Origin: Candidatus Falkowbacteria bacterium
GTDB taxonomy: Bacteria > Patescibacteriota > Patescibacteriia > Patescibacteriales > UBA12465
Direction of reading: 5' to 3'
DNA: 35,729 bases
NCBI GenBank assembly: GCA_037137655.1
Contig: JBAXJX010000002.1
Coordinates: 1-35,729, forward strand
The first letter of the stretch is position 1; each line of letters starts with the position of its first letter. Shown here piece by piece: positions 1-7,067 of this stretch. The position numbers and the translations under genes were made by a program. Under the pieces are notes generated by a model, which was not told the origin of the DNA, did no database searches, and worked only from the letters and a program-made list of their open reading frames with translations.

Positions 1-52
1 AAGTCGTAACAAGGCATCCGTAGCGGAAGCTGTGGATGGATCACCTCCTTTC
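1..52 (+). rRNA. rrs: 16S rRNA, 3' end (partial)
   Basis: AAGTCGTAACAAGG, helix 45 (CATCCGTAGC-GGAA-GCTGTGGATG) and anti-SD GATCACCTCCTTT. Confidence 0.97.
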
Positions 53-246
53 TAGGGAGATAAAACACTTCGATCATTGATCAAAGTGTCCGTCGATTTG
101 ATGGAAAAGCTTCAATAAAATGAAGCATCCGCAAGGATAACATCAGATTTTCTCGGTTCGCCGAGAGAAAATAGTTTCTAAAATGCATTAATTTTAGAGC
201 TATAAGAATTGATGCCTACTAGACTCAAAACACCATTAAACTTTTT

Positions 247-278
247 AAAAAGAACTCCCTCTCGGGAGTTCTTTTTTT
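247..278 (+). terminator. Intrinsic terminator after the 16S trailer
   Basis: AAAAAGAACTCCC-TCTC-GGGAGTTCTTTTTTT. Confidence 0.85.
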
Positions 279-364
279 GTGCAAAATATATTTAGGTAAA
301 TAAAAAATCTCGTATTACTACGAGATTTGTTTTTTTCAATTACCTTTGCAAGGCATAAATTTAA

Positions 365-628
365 TTACTCTCCTTCAATCTTAACATGGGAGGAGACCGT
401 AACTATAACATCAAAAATTGTTCGCCAACCGCTAATCTCCATATAGCCGAAACTAATGCCAAAGTCCACATTGATATCCCGAGCGATATCAACTAAACTT
501 ATTTGACTTAAATTAAGATCACCGACGAGATTAAGATTCTCTTTAAATGTTTTGGGGTTATGTTTACAATCGATTGCATTGGCAAAAATTATGCCATAAA
601 CCCTTTCGATCATTTCACTCTTTGTCAT
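365..628 (-). CDS. Acyl-carrier-protein-like protein, degenerate (no Ser at the canonical position)
   Basis: Start reassigned to ATG 628 (GGAGGT RBS). DLNLSQISLVDI...DFGI...W.TI.DV aligns by eye to ACP DLGADSLDTVEL...EF..EI...TV. Confidence 0.6.
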   Translation of the reverse strand: MTKSEMIERVYGIIFANAIDCKHNPKTFKENLNLVGDLNLSQISLVDIARDINVDFGISFGYMEISGWRTIFDVIVTVSSHVKIEGE

Positions 629-713
629 AAAAACCTCCCTTTTTAAAAGTACAACACTAAAACTCACTTTCAAATCTATTATTATCCTATAATTAAAATT
701 TGTAAATAGGCAC

Positions 714-741
714 AAAAAAGAGCGCCAAATTAGCGCTCTTT
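714..741 (-). terminator. Intrinsic terminator of pilin gene 756-1796
   Basis: AAAGAGCGC/GCGCTCTTT inverted repeat with T-tract on the minus strand. Confidence 0.75.
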
Positions 742-755
742 ATGTTTATGTATAA

Positions 756-1796
756 TTAGTTATGAATACAGCGAACCGGTAGAGGTGTAGATCGTGGTGT
801 TGCCGTATTATTAATACTTCCATTGTTTTGATATGTCCAAAAATAGTCACTGCCTTGTGGTGTTGATGCCATAAAAGCAAAACGACACCAATAGTTACAA
901 AGCTCGGCTCCAAAAGAGGCAATGTCCATGCCAGTACTTCCACCAGTCATTAAATTATTACCAGGATCAGGCACGGCAGCCATTAAAGTTGCCCAGTCAG
1001 CATCACTTGGAATATGCCAATCATTAGGACAAATTCCTTGATGCACTGGATTAACAACACATGGAGCGATTCCAGTAGCATGACTATCACAAATTGCCGG
1101 TAAAGCCATGGCTGTGTGCCATTGATAAATCGCTGTAAAGCTACCGTAAACAGTTTTATAGATGGTACCAGAATCAGCATTTGGCTGTGACCAGCTAGAA
1201 GTTGCTATACCGTAATTAAGATTTTTACCAAACCAACATTGAGTTGTACTAGCAATGGCGACGGTTGGATAAAGTTGTCCACCGTAATCAACGCTATCAC
1301 CACAATGAAAATTACTACCACTACCAATACCACTAATACTACCACTACCAGAACAATCTACATTATTAACACCTTCTGGGCTAGCACATTTTGGACCAGC
1401 TGCGAGCGTTCCAACTGGACCACCAAGACAATAAGAAATAGTATAACTGCTATCACTAATTTTATTATAAGCAAAGCGATTTTGGGGAGTTGTACAGGCG
1501 CCATCAGCTTGAGGTGGAGCAGTTGGGATTATTGCCATATAAGTTGTTGTCCCCTGTGTTGTGGTAGCGAACAAAGAACCAGCCGCAAATTCCGCTGAAC
1601 TCGGATAATAACCTTTGTCATTATAGTAAAGGTCTAAAGCTGTTTGCATTTGTTTCACGTCGGCGACACGTTTAGCATCACGCGCTTTCGAACGAGCGTT
1701 ATTTAGTGCAACCACAGCAATCGTCGCTAAGAGGCCGATGATGGCGATAACCACGAGAAGCTCAATTAATGTAAAAGCTGATTTTTTGTTTTTCAT
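756..1796 (-). CDS. Type IV pilin-like protein with C-terminal Fibrobacter succinogenes major (FISUMP)-like domain
   Basis: KKSA|[17 protein letters not shown]-methylation motif; YPTV.I..QCW..KNL, YQW, GICP.DWHIPS, terminal VRCI. Confidence 0.88.
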   Translation of the reverse strand: MKNKKSAFTLIELLVVIAIIGLLATIAVVALNNARSKARDAKRVADVKQMQTALDLYYNDKGYYPSSAEFAAGSLFATTTQGTTTYMAIIPTAPPQADGACTTPQNRFAYNKISDSSYTISYCLGGPVGTLAAGPKCASPEGVNNVDCSGSGSISGIGSGSNFHCGDSVDYGGQLYPTVAIASTTQCWFGKNLNYGIATSSWSQPNADSGTIYKTVYGSFTAIYQWHTAMALPAICDSHATGIAPCVVNPVHQGICPNDWHIPSDADWATLMAAVPDPGNNLMTGGSTGMDIASFGAELCNYWCRFAFMASTPQGSDYFWTYQNNGSINNTATPRSTPLPVRCIHN

Positions 1797-1872
1797 AATT
1801 GTTTAAAAGATTACTTCATAATTTTGTTGATAACAAAATCAACATTCGTAATGACAATATTATAACAAAATT

Positions 1873-2787
1873 TTATTTTTTCTGATACCCCACCAACTCC
1901 ATGAAAGCATCGCCACGCACTGGTTGACCGGAAAAATTTCCGGTCACCGCCAAAGCGCCTTCCCAATAATTAATATATGCAAACAAAACTTCCTGTTGCT
2001 TAATCTTAGCTGTTAACTTTAATTCAATATTTCTGGCTGGAATTTTCATAGTCCAGGCTGTCGGATAACTAGCGCCAGTTTTAGGACTAGTCCAAGTTTC
2101 TGTACTTGGAATAATTTCTGCTTCATTAAAATATTCTCGCCCACCATCCGCATAGACAATGTCAGCTAAATAAGTTTTAACACCATTATCATTATGAGCA
2201 AAACAAATTATTTCTGTGTTATCATCCAACTGAATCGAGAACCAATCCCATTTATCACCGGAATAATTGGCGTTCGCCCATTGATGATCCATCCACGATT
2301 TGCCAGAAACAGCTATCCATTTATTATTAATCTTAATATGACCACTTGTTTGTAAATTGGTCAGCGAATAATAATAAGTCGCTTTTGAACCAAGCCGTAA
2401 ATAACCATGACCACCTTCTAACAACGGCGCCTTAGTGGAGATCATTTGCAAGTCAACATACTTATTTTTTAAATGATAAATATTATCACCAGTTTTTTTA
2501 AAATTAATTTTCTTAAACCACAGAAAAGGATTTAAAGTGGATTTAAAAATATTGTGAGAAATATCCGATAATAGCGAATGGGAAAAGTATAAAAATTTAA
2601 GTGGCGTTTTATTTAAAAGTGGCACGGCACATCGATGAACATCCACTTGAAATAAACAATCCATAAAAGAATATTCCTGACCGCCATCATCTTTTAGGTG
2701 ACCATTAAAATACCACCACTCCACCATATCTCGATGGGAGGCTTCGTCGCGTGGAAATTCGATTGGCGTAAATTCTTCTAACATCAT
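1873..2787 (-). CDS. AttH/CrtC lipocalin-like (hydroxyneurosporene synthase family) protein
   Basis: EWWYFNGHL, YYYS, G.SWMDHQW, WDWFSIQL, YWEG, F MEL.GY motifs. Confidence 0.85.
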   Translation of the reverse strand: MMLEEFTPIEFPRDEASHRDMVEWWYFNGHLKDDGGQEYSFMDCLFQVDVHRCAVPLLNKTPLKFLYFSHSLLSDISHNIFKSTLNPFLWFKKINFKKTGDNIYHLKNKYVDLQMISTKAPLLEGGHGYLRLGSKATYYYSLTNLQTSGHIKINNKWIAVSGKSWMDHQWANANYSGDKWDWFSIQLDDNTEIICFAHNDNGVKTYLADIVYADGGREYFNEAEIIPSTETWTSPKTGASYPTAWTMKIPARNIELKLTAKIKQQEVLFAYINYWEGALAVTGNFSGQPVRGDAFMELVGYQKK

Positions 2788-2852
2788 ATTTTAATTATAG
2801 CACAAAAAAATAAAAATCCTCGCTTTTTGAGCGAGGCTTTCTTGTTTGTTTT

Positions 2853-3260
2853 TTAGGTTTTTTGAATACCTACGTAAGCTGGTGATGGCCAAGAACCTAT
2901 CGGAGTAATTTCAAAATCTGTTGAATTTTCAGAACCACGAACTTCAAAATCTCCATTAGCAGCATTATCTTTCAGACCCGGTATTAACTCAAGTTCTTTT
3001 TGTACTTTGGTCGGGTATTTCATGATGGTATTAACAATGTCACCAACAGTCAACCACGACGCAACTTCTTGTTTACTAATGTCCACATTCAAGGCGAAGG
3101 CAATATCCTGCGCTTTAAATACAAGCTCCTGCTTACCAATCATCAAATCTTCCCAAAGTTTTAACTCGAGGCCAGCATTTGCGGCATTATAAGCACCAAT
3201 AGTACCTTCGTCTTGGAAAAGTTTTCCTAAGACAATTGTTTTTACATCTCCTTCTTTCAT
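2853..3260 (-). CDS. Acyl-carrier-protein-like protein, degenerate, with C-terminal extension
   Basis: DLMIGKQELV...LNVDIS..EV..W.TVGDIV resembles ACP helices II-IV; no Ser in the DSL motif. Confidence 0.55.
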   Translation of the reverse strand: MKEGDVKTIVLGKLFQDEGTIGAYNAANAGLELKLWEDLMIGKQELVFKAQDIAFALNVDISKQEVASWLTVGDIVNTIMKYPTKVQKELELIPGLKDNAANGDFEVRGSENSTDFEITPIGSWPSPAYVGIQKT

Positions 3261-3307
3261 GACTACAAATTTAAAATGAACAATAAACTTAATCTAATAT
3301 GCTATTA

Positions 3308-4369
3308 TTATCTATTTACTAAAAAATTACAAGTATCACCGTCAACCACTACGTAATCCTTACCTTCGGTTCGTAAATACCCCATTTCTCTGGCTTTAGC
3401 CTCACCGCCAGCTTCCACGAATTTATCCACCGAAATCACTTCAGCCCGAATAAAGCCTTTTTCAAAGTCAGTGTGAATCACGGCTGCCGCTTGTGGAGCC
3501 TTAGAACCACGTTTAATGGTCCAGGCACGCGTTTCCACAACACCAGTGGTAAAATATGTATCCAATCCTAATAATTTGTAGGCAGCGCGAATAAGCTTGT
3601 CTAAACCACTTTCATCAAGTCCTAATTCCTTAATATACTCCGCTTGTTCCTCTTCCGGTAAATTCGCGATTTCTTCTTCTAATTTTATATTTAATTTAAT
3701 CACTTCACCGTTCCAACCAAAATTTTCGGTATTTTTTGTATCATCCGTATTCACCACATACAACATTGGTTTAGCAGTTAATAAATTTAGAGTTTTTAAA
3801 AGCACCAATTCTTCTTCATTGTATTCCAAGCTACGCGCTGGTGTGCCAGCATCTAGAGCGATTTTAACTCTGTCGAATAAAGTTTTTTGTTTGATAGCAT
3901 CCTTATCACCACTTCTTGCTTCGCGGTTTAATTTTTCTAAGCGTTTATCAATGGTCGCAATATCGGAAAAAATTAATTCCATGCCAATGGTTTCTTCATC
4001 GCCCTTTGGATCAATACGACCATCCACGTGAATAATATCTTTGTTTTCAAAATCACGCACCACCTCACAAATCGCATCGCATTCGCGGATGTGAGTTAAA
4101 AATTTATTACCCAAACCTTCACCGGTACTAGCGCCACGCACCAAACCGGCGATATCAATAAACTCCACCGTGGCATTAATAATTTTGGCCGCCTTAGAGA
4201 TTTCAGCTAATTGTTGCAAACGATGATCTGGTACTTTCACAATGCCAACGTTTGGTTCAATCGTGCAAAAAGGATAGTTCGCAGCATCAACACCCTTTTT
4301 AGTGAGGGCGTTAAATAAAGTTGATTTTCCGACGTTCGGTAAGCCGACGATTCCAATTGATAGGGCCAT
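3308..4369 (-). CDS. ychF: Ribosome-binding ATPase YchF
   Basis: GIVGLPNVGKST, ANYPFCTIEPN, DIAGLV.GAS.GEGLGNKFL, IHTDFEKGFIRAEV. Confidence 0.97.
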   Translation of the reverse strand: MALSIGIVGLPNVGKSTLFNALTKKGVDAANYPFCTIEPNVGIVKVPDHRLQQLAEISKAAKIINATVEFIDIAGLVRGASTGEGLGNKFLTHIRECDAICEVVRDFENKDIIHVDGRIDPKGDEETIGMELIFSDIATIDKRLEKLNREARSGDKDAIKQKTLFDRVKIALDAGTPARSLEYNEEELVLLKTLNLLTAKPMLYVVNTDDTKNTENFGWNGEVIKLNIKLEEEIANLPEEEQAEYIKELGLDESGLDKLIRAAYKLLGLDTYFTTGVVETRAWTIKRGSKAPQAAAVIHTDFEKGFIRAEVISVDKFVEAGGEAKAREMGYLRTEGKDYVVVDGDTCNFLVNR

Positions 4370-4547
4370 ATAATAAAAAATAAATGATAATTAAGCTTAT
4401 ACAACAAAAGGGGGTTTTCCCCTTCCGTTGCCCGGGATCTTTGACCCAGAAATTTTCTGATCGAACTTCCGACCGCCTTGCCCAAATAATTCTATTCAAA
4501 CATTTTTTTGTTATATCAGTTTTAACAAAAAGCGACCAAAAGCCTTG

Positions 4548-4621
4548 AGGTTCGAGTGGGAGTCGAACCCACGAATGGCAGTTTTGCAAACTGCAGCGTT
4601 AGACCACTTCGCCATCGAACC
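4548..4621 (-). tRNA. tRNA-Cys(GCA)
   Basis: GGTTCGA/TCGAACC acceptor, GCAGT-TTGCAAA-ACTGC anticodon arm, GTGGG-TTCGACT-CCCAC T-arm, U73; CCA not encoded. Confidence 0.96.
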
Positions 4622-4718
4622 AATCGCTAACACAATATCTCCATATTACTATATTTTAAACATAAATCAAGAGGGGAAATAAAAAAGGAAGTCCAATATT
4701 TGAACTTCCATTTAATTT

Positions 4719-5111
4719 TTATAATCTAATTATTATTTCATTATTCGCAGAAAGAATAATTGTCGTATCTTTACCATTAACCATAATTGGGAACTTTTCC
4801 CCAATTTTATAGCCATAAAATCCAGAACTAGTATAAATTGAATATTGTTCATCGGACTTTTTATATTCTTTATAAAAGTCACCGTATTTCCCTACTTCAA
4901 AAAGTGAATAATATTGATTGTCGGATTTGGCTTTAAAAAAAATTACATATCCATCACTTGATGTGTTATTAATTTTTCCATAAAAAATAATTTTATTACT
5001 TTTATCAGAATTACTTGTGGTAGGTGTAATAGAATCATCTTTTTTACAAGAACTAAGTGATATTAATGTTATTGTTAACATTAAGCTTATTGATGTTGCT
5101 AACTTTTTCAT
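4719..5111 (-). CDS. Hypothetical lipoprotein
   Basis: Start reassigned to ATG 5111: MKK + hydrophobic stretch + lipobox LSS|C followed by KKDD. Confidence 0.7.
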   Translation of the reverse strand: MKKLATSISLMLTITLISLSSCKKDDSITPTTSNSDKSNKIIFYGKINNTSSDGYVIFFKAKSDNQYYSLFEVGKYGDFYKEYKKSDEQYSIYTSSGFYGYKIGEKFPIMVNGKDTTIILSANNEIIIRL

Positions 5112-5160
5112 GATATATAGATTTAAGTTTGAGTTGTTTAAGAGCTGATTTGATAATGAC

Positions 5161-5192
5161 AATTGTATCACGTTTTTAGCAAAAAGTCAACA
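5161..5192 (-). promoter_or_regulatory. Sigma70 promoter of the lipoprotein gene
   Basis: TTGACT-17 nt-TACAAT with extended -10 TG on the minus strand; near-identical copy at 31744-31775. Confidence 0.75.
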
Positions 5193-5356
5193 CATGGCGA
5201 AATAAGCTATTAAAGTCACAAAAGAAAGCGGAGTCTCAAGACGAAGCGAAATTATAAGAGAATAGATAATTAAAATTGACGTGACCAAAGCCTAAGAAGA
5301 CGGTTATTTTAATTTTTAGAAAAAATTTATTATCAAATGTACATAATATCAACAGT

Positions 5357-5424
5357 GGGGCTAGCGATGGCCGCGGGACGAACTTGACATTTGTCCTTTC
5401 GGGGTTCGATTCCCCGTAGCTCCA
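5357..5424 (+). ncRNA. Non-canonical tRNA-like RNA (Ala-type acceptor, UGA loop)
   Basis: GGGGCTA/TAGCTCC-A acceptor with G3.U70; GCG-ATGGC-CGC mini D-arm; 8-bp arm GGGACGAA-CTTGACA-TTTGTCCT; CGGGG-TTCGATT-CCCCG T-arm. Confidence 0.8.
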
Positions 5425-5441
5425 CAACGGCCAAAAACCCA

Positions 5442-5470
5442 TTGACTTTTTAAAAAATATGGCCTATACT
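5442..5470 (+). promoter_or_regulatory. Sigma70 promoter of a small RNA
   Basis: TTGACT (5442-5447)-17 nt-TATACT (5465-5470). Confidence 0.75.
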
Positions 5471-5476
5471 ATTATT

Positions 5477-5543
5477 GTCAAGTTCGTCTCTCAAACCAGA
5501 ATATCGCAAAGGAGAAAAAACCACCCGTCAAAGGTGGTTTTTT
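5477..5543 (+). ncRNA. Putative ~67-nt small RNA, 5' end antisense to the tRNA-like RNA
   Basis: Bounded by the promoter above and a terminator; 5476-5490 is complementary to 5375-5389. Confidence 0.6.
5515..5543. terminator. Bidirectional intrinsic terminator (sRNA / tsaD)
   Basis: AAAAAACCACC-CGTCAAA-GGTGGTTTTTT. Confidence 0.85.
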
Positions 5544-5557
5544 GTTTGTATATTATT

Positions 5558-6604
5558 TTAATCAAAAGAGATATTGCAATCCACCTTAAATTCATCCCAG
5601 GGCGTGAATTGTTTTTTAGCGTATTTGAAATAGCCGGCCGCGGCAATCATCGCCGCATTATCGGTTGTATAGGCCATGGCCGGAACACTAAAGGCCACTT
5701 CCGGTACTCTATCTATAATCGCGTCATTCATTTGGCGACGTAATTCGGAGTTAGCCGAAACACCGCCAGAGAGCATAATAGTTTTAACTTTATATTTTTT
5801 CGCCGCCTTAATCGTTTTACCAATTAAAGTTTCTAAAATTGCTTGTTGGTATTCATAACAATATTCCGGAATTCGTTTTTTCCAATTTTTATCTTTTTTC
5901 AATTGATAAAGCAAGGCGGTTTTTAAACCCGAAAAAGAAAAATTTAAATTTGGCGATGTTAACATCGGACGCGGTAAAACAATATCGGATTTTGGTGCTG
6001 TGCCATTGTTAGCTTTTAAATAATCATTAGCATAGCCCGCCACAATTGGTCCGCCTGGATAGCCAAGATCCATCATCTTCGCACCCTTATCATAAGCTTC
6101 GCCGGCCGCATCATCTAGAGTCTCGGCGATAATTTCATATTTTAAATAATCAGTCATTAATACCAAATTAGTGTGACCACCGGAAACGGTTAGAACTAAA
6201 GCTGGAAAATGAATTTTCTCTTTTGGTAAAATGAAGTTGGCACAAATATGGCCTTCGATATGATTAACAGTAATGAGTGGTTTTTTCCAGGCGCACGCCA
6301 AAACACGAGCGGTTTCTCCCCCGATGATAAGCGACGTTACTAGTCCAGGACCGGCCGTAACTGCTAGTGCGCTTAAATCCGCCGGCTTGATACCCGCTTT
6401 TTCAAGCGCCTCATTGACCACCGGGATCACATTTAAAACATGTTCCCTTGCAGCAACCTCTGGCACTACGCCGTAATATTTTTTATGGATTTCAATTTGA
6501 GACGAAATGACATTTGATAAGACGTTTAATTTCTTATCTTTAGCCACTAAAATTACACTGGCCGCCGTTTCATCACAACTGCTTTCAATTCCTAATATAT
6601 ACAT
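5558..6604 (-). CDS. tsaD: tRNA N6-adenosine threonylcarbamoyltransferase TsaD
   Basis: LGIESSCDET, GVVPEVAAREH, NHIEGH, VSGGHT, DDAAGEAYDK, FSFSGLKT, TDNAAMIA. Confidence 0.97.
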   Translation of the reverse strand: MYILGIESSCDETAASVILVAKDKKLNVLSNVISSQIEIHKKYYGVVPEVAAREHVLNVIPVVNEALEKAGIKPADLSALAVTAGPGLVTSLIIGGETARVLACAWKKPLITVNHIEGHICANFILPKEKIHFPALVLTVSGGHTNLVLMTDYLKYEIIAETLDDAAGEAYDKGAKMMDLGYPGGPIVAGYANDYLKANNGTAPKSDIVLPRPMLTSPNLNFSFSGLKTALLYQLKKDKNWKKRIPEYCYEYQQAILETLIGKTIKAAKKYKVKTIMLSGGVSANSELRRQMNDAIIDRVPEVAFSVPAMAYTTDNAAMIAAAGYFKYAKKQFTPWDEFKVDCNISFD

Positions 6605-6644
6605 ATGCCAACATTATAAAGGATTTTTTAGAAAAAGCGAAATA

Positions 6645-6673
6645 TTGACAAGATATAAAAAAATATATAGAAT
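6645..6673 (+). promoter_or_regulatory. Sigma70 promoter of the tRNA-Glu/ncRNA unit
   Basis: TTGACA (6645-6650)-17 nt-TAGAAT (6668-6673). Confidence 0.8.
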
Positions 6674-6685
6674 AAGTCCTGTTAT

Positions 6686-6757
6686 GGTCTCTTCGTCTAA
6701 TGGTTAGGACACCAGGTTTTCATCCTGGTAACAGGGGTTCAATTCCCCTAGAGACTA
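6686..6757 (+). tRNA. tRNA-Glu(TTC)
   Basis: GGTCTCT/AGAGACT acceptor, CCAGG-TTTTCAT-CCTGG anticodon arm, AGGGG-TTCAATT-CCCCT T-arm; CCA not encoded. Confidence 0.96.
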
Positions 6758-6788
6758 CGAAATTATTATTTGTTCTTCTAAAAGAAAT

Positions 6789-7022
6789 AAATTCTGAAAC
6801 AACTTGGGAATTCTCGAGTTCGACTCTCGAGGGTTGGTTCAATGATAGATTGCTAAAGTGTAGGATAGGACCAGAGACTGTGAAATTTAGGCGTCAGCTT
6901 AAGTGGAGTCACCCTTGAAATATGGCCCTTGGCGATTGAAAGTTAATTAAGTTTGGTGAAAGTAGTTAGGCAAAAAAACTATGATTAGGGAATTTAATTG
7001 GTTTCGGCGAACATCAGAATTT
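6789..7022 (+). ncRNA. Putative structured RNA with a T-loop minihelix and a 23S L1-stalk-like domain
   Basis: Closing helix AAATTCTGA/TCAGAATTT; T-loop hairpin 6809-6835; GTGTAGGATAGG...GGAGTC.CCCTTGAAATA at 6858-6922; terminator follows. Confidence 0.8.
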
Positions 7023-7023
7023 T

Positions 7024-7050
7024 AGAGCGTTGAGAAATCAACGCTTTTTT
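7024..7050 (+). terminator. Intrinsic terminator
   Basis: AGAGCGTTGA-GAAA-TCAACGCTTTTTT. Confidence 0.85.
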
Positions 7051-7067
7051 TATTAGCTAAACTCAAA

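Noticed and set aside
5357-5424. Ordinary tRNA-Ser(UGA), tRNA-Ala or complete tmRNA
   Set aside because: No long variable arm or G73 for Ser, no Ala anticodon, and no internal tag-coding/pseudoknot domain
6700-6918. 72-aa ORF, and similar ORFs at 4237-4589 and 5236-5442
   Set aside because: They overlap tRNA or structured RNA genes and show no protein-like features
6789-7022. 23S rRNA gene or decayed 23S pseudogene
   Set aside because: Similarity is confined to the L1 stalk, changes are compensatory, and the flanks form their own closed structure
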